A stretch of DNA of 64,000 nucleotides, from contig CAWGXL010000001.1 in assembly GCA_963826535.1 (NCBI GenBank), positions 78,336-142,335 on the forward strand. The letters are read 5' to 3'. Position numbers and translations under genes: made by a program. Positions 1 through 9,625 of this stretch are shown here, piece after piece. Position 1 is the stretch's first letter; each line of letters begins with the position of its first letter. A model generated the notes under the pieces. That model did not search any database. It had not been told where the DNA came from and saw only the letters and a program-made list of their open reading frames with translations. This stretch comes from an uncultured bacterium. GTDB taxonomy: Bacteria; Patescibacteriota; Microgenomatia; Levybacterales; UBA12049.

Positions 1-505
1 ATCCACCCTCGGCTCTCCCTTCTGAATTTCCATGTCCTCTATAGTCTGAACGAAAAACAATATAACCATTACGAGAAAACGCATCTGTATATGCAATATA
101 CCGTTCCGTAGTTACATATTGAGCCGGTGGGATAAATCCGTGATTAAATATTACGACCGGCCAACCCGTTGCCGGTATGTCGCCGCCAGGGACAGTAAGT
201 AGAGCATAAACCTTCAAGCCTTCTGATTTATATGAAGCAATATATCTTTGATAATTAATACCTGACTCTAGCGTCTGTTCAATTACAATATCACTGCCGG
301 GATACTCCGCGTCTCGTAAAGATTGAATGGACAGGGGATGAACCTCTTGTTCAAGTCCGCCTTCATCTTCTTTTTCTATTGTATCTGTCTCTGTTTCCAC
401 AACTCTCGTTATAGAGATATTATTAAAATTATTGAAATACAAAATACTGCCGCCTATTAAAAAAACGGGAACTATTAAAAAAACTGTTAATTTTATTTTA
501 TTCAT
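1..505 (-). CDS. Membrane-anchored alpha/beta hydrolase (S9 peptidase/dienelactone hydrolase-like), 3' end beyond window
   Basis: Not in the ORF track. ATG at 505, frame open to the window edge; N-terminal hydrophobic segment, then YKSEGLKVYALLTVP...WPVVIFNHGF...SDYRGHGNSEG. Confidence 0.8.
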   Translation of the reverse strand, partial: MNKIKLTVFLIVPVFLIGGSILYFNNFNNISITRVVETETDTIEKEDEGGLEQEVHPLSIQSLRDAEYPGSDIVIEQTLESGINYQRYIASYKSEGLKVYALLTVPGGDIPATGWPVVIFNHGFIPPAQYVTTERYIAYTDAFSRNGYIVFRSDYRGHGNSEGRAEGG

Positions 506-547
506 AATGTAAAGCCTTAAATAGTTGTAAGTAAGATTTTTCAATTA

Positions 548-581
548 ATTATATCCAGAGTAATCTTAAGGAATGCTTAAG
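548..581 (-). promoter_or_regulatory. OmpR-type direct-repeat box plus -10 (CTTAAG-N5-CTTAAG, 11 nt, TATAAT)
   Basis: Same architecture recurs at 1903-1935 and 3642-3674. Confidence 0.7.
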
Positions 582-595
582 AATAAATTTTCAAT

Positions 596-1231
596 TTATT
601 TTGCAGTTATTATAAAATTATAATTAGCAGTTTTGCCTTCTGCTGTATCTTTTACATTTTGTATAAGCAATGAACTGTCATATATATTATCAGTATCGTT
701 CGCCGCGACTCCCGGAATAAAAAGTTGTGAAGTAATTATAGAACTGTTTGTATTTGCCTGAACTTTTAAATGAATATGCGGTGTCCGGCCTGGATATTCA
801 GCCGGAATAACAGTAGTTAATGTGTATTTACCATCTTCGTCAGTATATTGATGTCCGCGAAGCGAATAACCGGAATTATCGTATTCTCCATTCCCGTTTG
901 CCTGCCAAAAATCCAACCACGCATTGGCAATTGGCCTACAACCAGTGTCTAATACATATCCGCTAAGTATTAACTTAGTACCCGGTTCGGTACCGGTATA
1001 CAAATTGATATTTTCCGGAGACCCGGTAGTATAATATGGCCCTTCGGTGAGTTCAATAGTTGGCTGTCCGCTGCATTTTATATTTGCCTCAGGCACCGTT
1101 TGTTGTGTCAACGACTTTTTTTGCATAATTTTTTGGGGATTATTTCTTACTAATGCAATATAAATCCCGAAAGCTAAAAGTATAAATATAAAAATAATAA
1201 TTTTTTTCATAGAAATTGTGCTAAGTTTCAT
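596..1231 (-). CDS. Intradiol ring-cleavage dioxygenase-like protein with N-terminal membrane anchor (start probably 1210)
   Basis: EGPYY, LDFWQANGNGEY, LRG, PAEYPGRTPHIH (Tyr/Tyr/His/His iron ligands). Confidence 0.8.
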   Translation of the reverse strand: MKLSTISMKKIIIFIFILLAFGIYIALVRNNPQKIMQKKSLTQQTVPEANIKCSGQPTIELTEGPYYTTGSPENINLYTGTEPGTKLILSGYVLDTGCRPIANAWLDFWQANGNGEYDNSGYSLRGHQYTDEDGKYTLTTVIPAEYPGRTPHIHLKVQANTNSSIITSQLFIPGVAANDTDNIYDSSLLIQNVKDTAEGKTANYNFIITAK

Positions 1232-1309
1232 GTCGTAATTTAGTTTAAATTTTTCGGCAGATTAATAAAAGTCACCTCTATTATACTAAAAGCAAGTTTA
1301 TATTATAAG

Positions 1310-1369
1310 GAAAACAAAAATAAAGCTCCCGGCAGTCGGCTGTATTAAACGCGGAGCTAACCGGGAGCT
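1310..1369 (-). terminator. Probable intrinsic terminator after the PepSY-like gene
   Basis: AGCTCCCGG...CCGGGAGCT stem followed by TTATTTTTGTTTT on the minus strand; loop unusually large. Confidence 0.45.
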
Positions 1370-1413
1370 GTATTAATATTTGCTAAAATCTTTTTATTAG
1401 ACTTTTATATATA

Positions 1414-1833
1414 TTATTTACGTCCAGCCTCTGTTGCAGTAACTTTAAAATTACTATCAAACTTCACTGTCACGCGCGTTCCGTCTGACTTTGTCATATG
1501 CGCCTCATATACTGCGCCTTCGGCATCAGTCTCAACCCTGTCAACTGTTCCACCCGGCACTGCAATCAAAGCTGCAGCCTTAGCCTTTTCTGCTGTGTTA
1601 CCAGTCAGCAGCTCTTCCCTTTTTCCATTTGCCCCCACATGACCGCCTTTAGACGTATCAACCTGCCTGTTTGTAACCTTTGGTGTCACTTGGGTTTTGC
1701 TGGTAGTTGGTGTTGGAGTAGTATTCTGCGCATTAATTTGTATTGCGTTTATAGCTACACCGCCTCCTGCACCTATTATTAGTGCGACAGCTACCACACC
1801 TAAAAATCTGTATTTATTTTTCATAATATCCAC
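1414..1833 (-). CDS. Secreted PepSY-like protein
   Basis: Signal peptide, T/P-rich linker, AKAAALIAVPGGTVDRVETD...YEAHMTKSDG. Confidence 0.65.
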   Translation of the reverse strand: MDIMKNKYRFLGVVAVALIIGAGGGVAINAIQINAQNTTPTPTTSKTQVTPKVTNRQVDTSKGGHVGANGKREELLTGNTAEKAKAAALIAVPGGTVDRVETDAEGAVYEAHMTKSDGTRVTVKFDSNFKVTATEAGRK

Positions 1834-1839
1834 CCCCTT

Positions 1840-1889
1840 GCCCGCCGCTTAAGCGCTCCCCGATTTAATCGGGGTAAGCTTAGGCGGGC
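1840..1889. repeat. Nested palindrome (GCCCGCC...CCCCGATTTAATCGGGG...GGCGGGC) in 5' leader
   Basis: GC-rich inverted repeats in AT-rich context. Confidence 0.6.
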
Positions 1890-1902
1890 TTTCACTGTAG
1901 TA

Positions 1903-1935
1903 AGTTTATAAAAAGTTTCTTAATAATCGCTTAAG
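1903..1935 (-). promoter_or_regulatory. OmpR-type direct-repeat box plus -10 (CTTAAG-N5-ATTAAG, 10 nt, TAAACT)
   Basis: Second of three copies. Confidence 0.65.
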
Positions 1936-1941
1936 AGATTT

Positions 1942-2958
1942 TTATGTGTGTTTGAGAGGAAACTGCAAAACAAAAGTTGTTCCATGATTTTTTTCGCTAC
2001 TTACCGAGATCGTGCCGTTATGAGTCTCAATAATTTTCCTAGCAATTGAAAGACCAAGTCCATAACCGTCTGTAAGAGAGCGCGATTTATCCGCACGGTA
2101 AAACCTATCAAAAATATATGGTAAATCTGTATCAGTTATTCCTACACCCTGATCAGTTATGGATACAGTTACCGAGTGAGGCTTAGCCTCTGACTTCACT
2201 GATATTTTAGTTTTTTCAGAACTATACTTAATTGCATTATCAAATAGAATTACAAAAACCTCGATAAGCCTGCTCTTATCGCCTTTGATTTTTATGTCCT
2301 GAACTTTTGTGCTAATCGATATATTTTTCATTTTAGCCAATGACATTACTTTTTTCCGGGCTGCTTCTATTATTTCCTGAAGAGTAATTTCCTCCATATG
2401 TTTTTTGTTATTTGCATTTGGTATATTTGAAAGTTTTAAAAGATTATTGGTTAGAGTCTGCAGTGACCCCAACTCCTCAAGATTGCTATGTATAAGTTTC
2501 CTCGCTTGTTTTTCTGTTATATGTGTCTCCATTAGACTTCCTTCCATCTCGGCACGCATAGTAGCAATTGGAGTCCTCAGTTCATGTGACGAGCTGGTTA
2601 TGAATTGGTTTTGCTCCTCGATCATGAGCTTAATTGGCCTGAGCGTTCTACCTGCTAAGAAATACCCGGCGCTTCCGGCCACAACAAAAATAAAACCATT
2701 AATCAAAATTAAACTATTTAGTATCTGTTTTTTTGAGTCTTCTAGATCTTCTACTGTTGTTAGACTTGAAACATGTGGAGGTTGTGGTTTATTGGGCATA
2801 GGCTTACCTGGATTTCGCTGACGATATTCAATTCTATTTATAATCCATTCTATTTCACGCGTAGACGCGTGATAAAAAGCCACGCTAAAAAAAATGCTGA
2901 TTAGCATTATTATCAAGAGATACCAGGCAGTTAATTTCAGCCGCGCTGATTCAAACAT
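1942..2958 (-). CDS. Sensor histidine kinase (2 TM, HisKA, HATPase)
   Basis: SHELRTP, DNAIKY, DQGVGI, GYGLGLSI. Start placed at MFESARLKL just after the regulator stop. Confidence 0.9.
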   Translation of the reverse strand: MFESARLKLTAWYLLIIMLISIFFSVAFYHASTREIEWIINRIEYRQRNPGKPMPNKPQPPHVSSLTTVEDLEDSKKQILNSLILINGFIFVVAGSAGYFLAGRTLRPIKLMIEEQNQFITSSSHELRTPIATMRAEMEGSLMETHITEKQARKLIHSNLEELGSLQTLTNNLLKLSNIPNANNKKHMEEITLQEIIEAARKKVMSLAKMKNISISTKVQDIKIKGDKSRLIEVFVILFDNAIKYSSEKTKISVKSEAKPHSVTVSITDQGVGITDTDLPYIFDRFYRADKSRSLTDGYGLGLSIARKIIETHNGTISVSSEKNHGTTFVLQFPLKHT

Positions 2959-2959
2959 T

Positions 2960-3634
2960 TTACTCCTCATCCTCAATTGTATATCCTTTTCCGCGAACTG
3001 TTTGAATAAGTTTATTAGGAAAAGGTTTATCAATTTTGTCCCGCAAATGTTTTATATGCACCTCCACTACAGTAGGCATTACATCGGTATCATATACCCA
3101 AACATGAGCAACTAATTGCCCTCGGGACACGACAGTATTTTTTTGCCTTATTAAATACTCAAGAATTGCAAATTCTTTGGTGGATAATTTAATAATTTGG
3201 TTGTCTCTTTTTACTTTAAATCTGATAGTATCCAAAATTAGATCGTGTGCGCTAAGTTCTGATTTACTTGTCTGTTTCGGTCTTCTGATCAATGCTCTGA
3301 CTCGCGCAAAAAGTTCTTCAAACGAGAATGGTTTAACCATATAGTCATCCGCGCCGACGTCAAGTCCTGTCACTTTATCTACTATTTGTCCTTTTGCTGT
3401 GAGCATTAGAACCGGCGTATGTATTCCTTCTTCGCGAATCCTTTTACAAATTTCAATTCCGTCAATACCCGGAAGCATAACATCTAAAACAATCAGATCA
3501 AACACCTCACCAATCGCCAAATCAAGTCCGGCGTCACCAGTATTTGCAACATCAACTGCATACATTTTCAGTTCCATTGCCCGTTTTATCGCGTTTGCTA
3601 ATTTTAATTCATCCTCAACTATCAAAATTCTCAT
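2960..3634 (-). CDS. OmpR/PhoB-family response regulator
   Basis: ILIVEDE, LDVMLP, GADDYMVKPF, IQTVRGKGY. Confidence 0.95.
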   Translation of the reverse strand: MRILIVEDELKLANAIKRAMELKMYAVDVANTGDAGLDLAIGEVFDLIVLDVMLPGIDGIEICKRIREEGIHTPVLMLTAKGQIVDKVTGLDVGADDYMVKPFSFEELFARVRALIRRPKQTSKSELSAHDLILDTIRFKVKRDNQIIKLSTKEFAILEYLIRQKNTVVSRGQLVAHVWVYDTDVMPTVVEVHIKHLRDKIDKPFPNKLIQTVRGKGYTIEDEE

Positions 3635-3641
3635 GGATTGT

Positions 3642-3674
3642 ATTCTAACCCCGCTATCTTAAAGTTTGCTTAAG
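3642..3674 (-). promoter_or_regulatory. Autoregulatory direct-repeat box plus -10 (CTTAAG-N5-TTTAAG, 10 nt, TAGAAT, 7 nt, ATG)
   Basis: Third copy; geometry implies a leaderless mRNA. Confidence 0.7.
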
Positions 3675-3748
3675 ATTCTATTATATACAATATTTCCGTG
3701 ACTAAAACCTCCGTATTGTACCAAATAAATATCCGTAAGGCTTGATAC

Positions 3749-3777
3749 TTGACAAACACAGCAAAAGCATTTAAATT
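3749..3777 (+). promoter_or_regulatory. Sigma70 promoter of the pilin cluster
   Basis: TTGACA-17 nt-TAAATT. Confidence 0.6.
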
Positions 3778-3795
3778 TAAGTAGACACAACTTAT

Positions 3796-4371
3796 ATGAC
3801 TGCTTTACTTATCTTAAAATTAAAACAATGTTTTCAGAACTTTGCCCTCAACGGACAAAAAGCCTTTACCCTTATTGAACTTCTGATAGTTATTGCGATT
3901 CTAGGTATTTTGACAACAGCAGTATTGGTCGCGATTAATCCTTTGGAGCAATTTGCCAGAGGACGGGATTCGGGAAGAAAAAATATGGTTGATCAAGTGG
4001 GGCACGCGATTCAGGCATATTACACTGCCCAAAATGCGACCTACCCCCCTGTAACTGCTGCATGGATGACTGCATTGCAAACTACACAAGATATAAAGAC
4101 TCTTCCGGATAATGGTGTTGCAGGAAGTAATCCGGTAACTATATGTACAGCCCCCGGTCAATTGCAAAACAATGTTTGTTATAACGCAAATGCTATTGAT
4201 GCCGTGGTTTACGCAGTACAAGGGTCACGCTCTGAACAGGTAAAAGCAGGCGGCGGTGCAGTGCCATGTGCTACTAACACATTTACTGTCTGGTCATCTG
4301 CCGCAGGAAGATCAGGATTATATTGCGGAGCGACAGGTCCGGCAATTGGCATAACTAACCTCATTTATTAA
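3796..4371 (+). CDS. Type IV pilin (probable major pilin)
   Basis: KA|FTLIELLIVIAILGIL class III signal; C-terminal Cys pairs. Confidence 0.85.
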   Translation: MTALLILKLKQCFQNFALNGQKAFTLIELLIVIAILGILTTAVLVAINPLEQFARGRDSGRKNMVDQVGHAIQAYYTAQNATYPPVTAAWMTALQTTQDIKTLPDNGVAGSNPVTICTAPGQLQNNVCYNANAIDAVVYAVQGSRSEQVKAGGGAVPCATNTFTVWSSAAGRSGLYCGATGPAIGITNLIY

Positions 4372-4413
4372 TATTCATTTACTTTCAAAACTATTTTCAT
4401 TATCATTATATAA

Positions 4414-5232
4414 ATGCTGGAAATAATTATTTTTTATTGTCTAATATTTATCATCGGGACATTTTTGGGCAGTTTTTTAAATGTCATTATAGATAGGTCG
4501 CCATTTGATAAATCTATTTTGTTTCCTGCGTCGCACTGTCCTCATTGTAAACATAGACTGGGACTCATTGATCTTATACCAATATTTTCATTTCTTTTTT
4601 TACAAAAGCGGTGTCGTTATTGCAAAGCAAGAATAAGTTGGTATTATCCTCTTATTGAAACTACAACCGGTTTTCTTTTTGTACTAACAGCCTATATAGT
4701 TATCGGCTTGTCTGTATCTGTTTTCCTGCAGCAACTCGGACAGCTTTGGTTTATTATCTATCTATTATTAATTATTTCTTTACTGATAGTTGTATTTTTT
4801 ATAGATTTAAAATACGGCATCATCCCTTTTAAGATCGTCGTATTGGGGTTGGGTATTGTGACTGTCCGCTATATTTTTCTTGAGTTTACAACCCCGGGAA
4901 TTTTCCTTAATTTCCTGGTCACCGCAATTTTGGTTTTCTTAACTTTTCTTTTGTTATTTTTAGTAACTCGTGGTCGCGCAATAGGATTTGGAGATGTTGT
5001 TTTCAGTTTACTGATGGGCTATGTTCTTGGCTTTCCCAAGATTGTACTGGCGGTTTATATAGCTTTCTTGACAGGAGCTGGGATTTCTCTCATACTGGTT
5101 TTAGCTAACAAAAAAAAGCTAAAAGGAGGAACAATTCCTTTCGGACCATTTTTGGTTTTCGCGACAATTGTGAGTCTATTTTGGGGACAAACAATAATTA
5201 GCGAGTTGTTGCTCTACCTACATGTTTACTAA
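4414..5232 (+). CDS. pilD: Prepilin peptidase/N-methyltransferase
   Basis: GSFLNV, SHCPHC...RCRYC, ID...GFGDV, IPFGPFL. Confidence 0.92.
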   Translation: MLEIIIFYCLIFIIGTFLGSFLNVIIDRSPFDKSILFPASHCPHCKHRLGLIDLIPIFSFLFLQKRCRYCKARISWYYPLIETTTGFLFVLTAYIVIGLSVSVFLQQLGQLWFIIYLLLIISLLIVVFFIDLKYGIIPFKIVVLGLGIVTVRYIFLEFTTPGIFLNFLVTAILVFLTFLLLFLVTRGRAIGFGDVVFSLLMGYVLGFPKIVLAVYIAFLTGAGISLILVLANKKKLKGGTIPFGPFLVFATIVSLFWGQTIISELLLYLHVY

Positions 5233-5743
5233 ACATAATTTAAGAAAAGAATCTGGACTAACACTGGTCGAGTTACTTTTAGCTATTGGTATTCTATCAG
5301 TCTTAGTTTCAGGAATATTTGTGTTAGTTAATCCACTTCAAAAAATCGGCCAGGCAAATGACGCGAAAAGAAAATCAGATTTAGCTCAAGTTATTCGTGC
5401 TTTAGAAGTTTACTATCAGGATAATTCACAATATCCAGCGTCCACCGGCACTTATACAATCACCGGTACAACTTGGGGAGGGGCATGGTCAACATACATG
5501 CGAAGATTGCCTCAAGACCCAACAGCCGGACACACTTATGTTTATTATACACCTAATTCAGGTGTATGCTCGAATTACCAGTGTTACTATATTTTTGCCA
5601 ACCTGCAAAGAGGAGGCAGTGATCGTCAGGCATGTTTTCCGGGTAGCGGAAATGCCTGCGCAAGCGCAGTAGGCGCCGGATTGAGCAATAGTTGCGGAGC
5701 AACTTGTAATTACGGAGTATCAAGTCCAAACACAACACCATGA
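5222..5743 (+). CDS. Type IV pilin/GspG-like pseudopilin
   Basis: G|LTLVELL; DAKRKSDL...ALEVYYQD...LPQDP. Confidence 0.85.
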   Translation: MFTKHNLRKESGLTLVELLLAIGILSVLVSGIFVLVNPLQKIGQANDAKRKSDLAQVIRALEVYYQDNSQYPASTGTYTITGTTWGGAWSTYMRRLPQDPTAGHTYVYYTPNSGVCSNYQCYYIFANLQRGGSDRQACFPGSGNACASAVGAGLSNSCGATCNYGVSSPNTTP

Positions 5744-6246
5744 CAAAAATTCAATCCCCCAAAAGGGGAACAAATTTCAAATTTCAAATTTCGGCTAAAG
5801 GATTCACGCTTGTAGAATTGTTGGTTGTTATAGCAATCATCGGTATATTGTCGTCTTTAATGGTAGCCAATTATATAGGTATTCAATCCCGCGGAAGAGA
5901 CGCGCAGCGCAAATCGGATATCCGGCAAATTCAATCGGGGTTTGAGCTCTACAGGTCTGAAAGCGGCGCCTATCCGGCGTCAATGCCCGCCTGCGGAGCT
6001 GCGCTTTCGTTTAGCGGCACAACTTACATTCGGAAAATGCCTTGTGATCCTATTAACACCAACCCCCTCGTTTATAGATACCAAAGCGCCTTTAGTAATT
6101 CTGCCTATACCCTTGCAGTCTGCTTGGAAAACATAAACGACAAGCAAAAAGACGCAACAAATAATCCTCCACGGGTAGATGGTGGTGCTTCAATTACCGG
6201 TTGCAACGGAACCGCTAATTGGTCCTATACTTTATTTAGTCCGTAA
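5740..6246 (+). CDS. Type IV pilin/GspG-like pseudopilin
   Basis: G|FTLVELLVVIAIIGIL; RDAQRKSDI. Confidence 0.85.
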   Translation: MTKIQSPKRGTNFKFQISAKGFTLVELLVVIAIIGILSSLMVANYIGIQSRGRDAQRKSDIRQIQSGFELYRSESGAYPASMPACGAALSFSGTTYIRKMPCDPINTNPLVYRYQSAFSNSAYTLAVCLENINDKQKDATNNPPRVDGGASITGCNGTANWSYTLFSP

Positions 6247-6256
6247 TTAGTTAATC

Positions 6257-6721
6257 ATGAAAAAGATTTCGACAAGTAGGGGATTCACGCTTATAGAGAT
6301 TGTCGTAATATGCGCTATTTTCTTTATTGTTACAACAGTCGGCATGGTTTCCTTCACTCAGTTTACCAGTTCACAAACTCTCCAGTCCTCGTCTCAGGAT
6401 ATAATTTCAATTCTAAACACAGCCAGAATAAACGCTGTTACACAGACTATGCCGGGCGCTTGTACTCAACAACTCCAACGCTATAGCGTTAAGTTTATTC
6501 CCCCAATCACTTATGAAATGTGGGCTTATTGCAATGGAACAGGTTCTGTGTTAAAAAATCAGAAATTGCCCGATGGTGTCACCTTTAATACCGGAACAAG
6601 CGCAGAAATTACATTTCTTGTCGCCAGCGGTTTATCCTCAGGTGGTACAATAAATTTGAAAGACGCCAGTTCAACCAGATCTGTTCAAGTTGATACGGCG
6701 GGAAATATATCAGGAACATGA
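6257..6721 (+). CDS. Minor pilin (FimT/GspH-like)
   Basis: G|FTLIEIVV; LNTARINA. Confidence 0.8.
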   Translation: MKKISTSRGFTLIEIVVICAIFFIVTTVGMVSFTQFTSSQTLQSSSQDIISILNTARINAVTQTMPGACTQQLQRYSVKFIPPITYEMWAYCNGTGSVLKNQKLPDGVTFNTGTSAEITFLVASGLSSGGTINLKDASSTRSVQVDTAGNISGT

Positions 6722-7161
6722 AAGGACAATCACTTATTGAAGTATTAGTTGGTCTCGGAATTATTTCCGTTGTAGTCACGGCATTAGCAGCTGTTGTTAT
6801 CACCTCAACAGGCAATGCGCAGTTTAGTAAAAATCAAAATCTCGCCACACATTACTCTACTGAGGGTATGGAGATAATGCGAAAGATACGCGACGGTGAT
6901 TATGCAGTATTCCGGAATATTGCCAGTGGCACATATTGCCTGGACAAAGGATCGAGTAATTTAAGCCCAAATTGCAATTTCGGGAATGTTGATAATTTTC
7001 GTCGTCAGGTCACGATTACTCATTCAGGCTGCGCGGCTAATGTAACACGCGTTATAGTCACTGTCGGATGGCAGGATTCTAAATGTGCGTCAGCTAATTT
7101 CTGTCACAAGTCGGAGTTATCGTCGTGTCTATCTGCGGTTAATCCCGTACCTGCTCTATGA
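6718..7161 (+). CDS. Minor pilin (PilV-like)
   Basis: GQSLIEVLV; EGMEIMR; VIVTVGW. Confidence 0.8.
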   Translation: MKGQSLIEVLVGLGIISVVVTALAAVVITSTGNAQFSKNQNLATHYSTEGMEIMRKIRDGDYAVFRNIASGTYCLDKGSSNLSPNCNFGNVDNFRRQVTITHSGCAANVTRVIVTVGWQDSKCASANFCHKSELSSCLSAVNPVPAL

Positions 7162-7700
7162 AAAAAAATAAGGGTTTTACACTAATTGAAGTGCTTGTTG
7201 TTATAGGTATTTTTATTGTACTAACGACAGTTGTGCTTTCTGTTCTAATTACGGTTCTTCGTGGATCTAAACAATCCGACTCAATCATATTAGTAAGACA
7301 AAATGGCGAACACGCTATGAATCAGATGGTAAAAACTATGCGTTTTTCAGGAAGTCTTGATTATCCCCGTCCCCTTGGCGGTACTCCGCCAGTTTGCTCA
7401 GGAAGCGGAATTACTACCCAATCTGTACAGGTAACCTCTCTTACCTTAATACAAGATACTTTTAGTTGTCCATCAAATTTTAATTATCCCAATTTCATCG
7501 CCTTAAATGGCACAAGGTTAACAAACAGCAATACCGTTGTTGTAAAGTCCTGCTCATTTGTCTGCACTCAACCCACTGGAGGACCTCCGACAATTGGCAT
7601 TTCCTTTACACTTTCGAAAGTAAATTCAAGCGGCTTAACAGAAGGTAATTCTTCAAGTTCATTCCAAACCTCAGTTACCCTCAGAAATATTAGCGATTAA
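7158..7700 (+). CDS. Minor pilin (PilW/GspJ-like)
   Basis: G|FTLIEVLVV; C-terminal FQTSVTLRN. Confidence 0.8.
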   Translation: MKKNKGFTLIEVLVVIGIFIVLTTVVLSVLITVLRGSKQSDSIILVRQNGEHAMNQMVKTMRFSGSLDYPRPLGGTPPVCSGSGITTQSVQVTSLTLIQDTFSCPSNFNYPNFIALNGTRLTNSNTVVVKSCSFVCTQPTGGPPTIGISFTLSKVNSSGLTEGNSSSSFQTSVTLRNISD

Positions 7701-7756
7701 TAAATGCATGTCTGTTGACAGCCTGAGTGTAGGTTGTTACTATAAATATAGTATAC

Positions 7757-8572
7757 ATGAGACATATTCCGTTAAAGGATCCATACCAAAAGGGTCAGGT
7801 TTTACTTATCTCGCTCCTTGTTTTAGTTGTGGCTGTGACAGTCGGTTTGTCCGTGGCAACAAGAAGTATCTCCACCCTCCGTATGACGTCTGCAGAAGAC
7901 AGTTCACAACGTGCATTTTCAGCTGCGGAAGCAGGCATAGAACAGGCTTTGACAGCAACAGTCAATACCACCCTCACGGGAAATTTAACAAACAATTCTG
8001 CCTTCACTACATCAACAAGCGTACTTTCCGGAGATAATTTTCTAGTCAATAATGGAAGTTTTATTCTAAAAGATGATCCTGTAGACGTCTGGTTATCCAG
8101 TTATCCGGATTATATTAGCCCTTGGACAGGTACATTAAGTATTTATTGGGGAAGCTCAGGCGATGCTTGTGTAGACAAACCGGAAACAAGTAACTCCATG
8201 ACTGCTCTCGAGGTTGTACTCATTAGTGGCACCAAAGTCGCGCCCGTAATTAACCATTTTGCGTTTGATCCCTGTGCAACAAGGAGAAACAGTTATAACA
8301 ATTTTAGCCCGGTATTAGCAGGAGGAGTTATCGGCGGGAAAAGTTTTGCTCACAGCGTAAACATACCGGTATCATCAGGCCTGCTGGCCCGCGTAATTCC
8401 ACTTTATGCAGGCACTCGTATTGGGATTGCCGGAACCGATTTACCTCCGCAAGGTACTATAATTAGTTCAGTTGGCAACTCTGGTGGAACACAAAGAAAA
8501 ATAGTAAGTTTCAGAGGATACCCCACTGCACCAATCGAGCTCTATCCGTTTTTAATTTTTGCGCCTAAGTAA
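7757..8572 (+). CDS. PilX-like minor pilin
   Basis: GQVLLISLL without Glu5; AFSAAEAGIEQAL. Confidence 0.8.
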   Translation: MRHIPLKDPYQKGQVLLISLLVLVVAVTVGLSVATRSISTLRMTSAEDSSQRAFSAAEAGIEQALTATVNTTLTGNLTNNSAFTTSTSVLSGDNFLVNNGSFILKDDPVDVWLSSYPDYISPWTGTLSIYWGSSGDACVDKPETSNSMTALEVVLISGTKVAPVINHFAFDPCATRRNSYNNFSPVLAGGVIGGKSFAHSVNIPVSSGLLARVIPLYAGTRIGIAGTDLPPQGTIISSVGNSGGTQRKIVSFRGYPTAPIELYPFLIFAPK

Positions 8573-8590
8573 ACGCCTTAAATTCAGCTT

Positions 8591-9625
8591 ATGAAAAATA
8601 GTACTTTTGGATTGGATATCGGAATTACTTCTATCAAAGTTACTTGGTTGGATTTCGATAAAAAGAGCATAAAATATTTGTCATCACGCTCAGCACCTTC
8701 CCTGCCGAAGGGCATGTCATCAGAATCTCCCTTTGATCATCAGGAAATGGCGGCAGTTATAAATAAATTAGTCATTGACGCCAAAATTAATACAAATAAC
8801 GTTAGCGTTGCGTTACCGGAAAATCGTGTGTTTACAAAAGTTATTGATATGCCTAACCTTTCAGAAAAAGAGTTATCAAGTGCGATTTACTGGGAAGCGG
8901 AACAATATATTCCGGCTCCTCTTGATACAATGACCTTAGATTGGAGTATTTTAAGGAAACCAAAAAACGCTGATCCTGCAATTAAAATGCAAGTATTGCT
9001 TGTTGCGGCCCCCAATCAACTCATCAAGAGATATCGGACTATCCTCGAATTAGCTGGACTCTCAGTTGTTGGAATTGAAACGGAAGTTTTATCTGTTATC
9101 AGAAGCGTAGTAGGTAACGCGCATTTTCCGACCACCCTGATTATGAATATTGGGGCTTTAAGCACCTCGCTTTCAATTGTTCAAAACGGAATTATTATTT
9201 TTACATATCTCATTCCCTTGGGAGGTATCGCGATAACGCGTGCAATTGCAGCGGATTTCGGATTAGCCCTGCCCCAAGCTGAGGAGTATAAAAAAATATA
9301 TGGACTTTCAGATAAAAATTTTGGAGGGAAAATAGGTAACGCAATACGGCCGGTTTTATCTTCAATAATAGGTGAAGTCAAAAAAGCAATTTCATTTTAT
9401 ACTGAAAGATATAAAAACGAATCTCCAATTTCTCAATTGTTGTTAACCGGAGGAAGTGCCTTGCTTCCGGGAATCAATGCATATTTTGTTCAAAATACAG
9501 GGATTGAGACAGTTATCGCAAATCCATGGAAAAATCTCAATATACAAGGTGTTCCTGCGGATTTACAATCTCGGGGACCTGAATTTGCAGTTCCTATTGG
9601 CCTGGCTTTAAAAGAATATGAGTAA
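8591..9625 (+). CDS. pilM: Type IV pilus assembly protein PilM
   Basis: FGLDIG, WEAEQYIP, LTGGSA, IGLALK (actin-like fold). Confidence 0.92.
   Translation: MKNSTFGLDIGITSIKVTWLDFDKKSIKYLSSRSAPSLPKGMSSESPFDHQEMAAVINKLVIDAKINTNNVSVALPENRVFTKVIDMPNLSEKELSSAIYWEAEQYIPAPLDTMTLDWSILRKPKNADPAIKMQVLLVAAPNQLIKRYRTILELAGLSVVGIETEVLSVIRSVVGNAHFPTTLIMNIGALSTSLSIVQNGIIIFTYLIPLGGIAITRAIAADFGLALPQAEEYKKIYGLSDKNFGGKIGNAIRPVLSSIIGEVKKAISFYTERYKNESPISQLLLTGGSALLPGINAYFVQNTGIETVIANPWKNLNIQGVPADLQSRGPEFAVPIGLALKEYE

Noticed and set aside
2959-3033. Longer N-terminus of the histidine kinase in the ORF track
   Set aside because: Overlaps the response regulator; ATG at 2958 right after its stop is more plausible.
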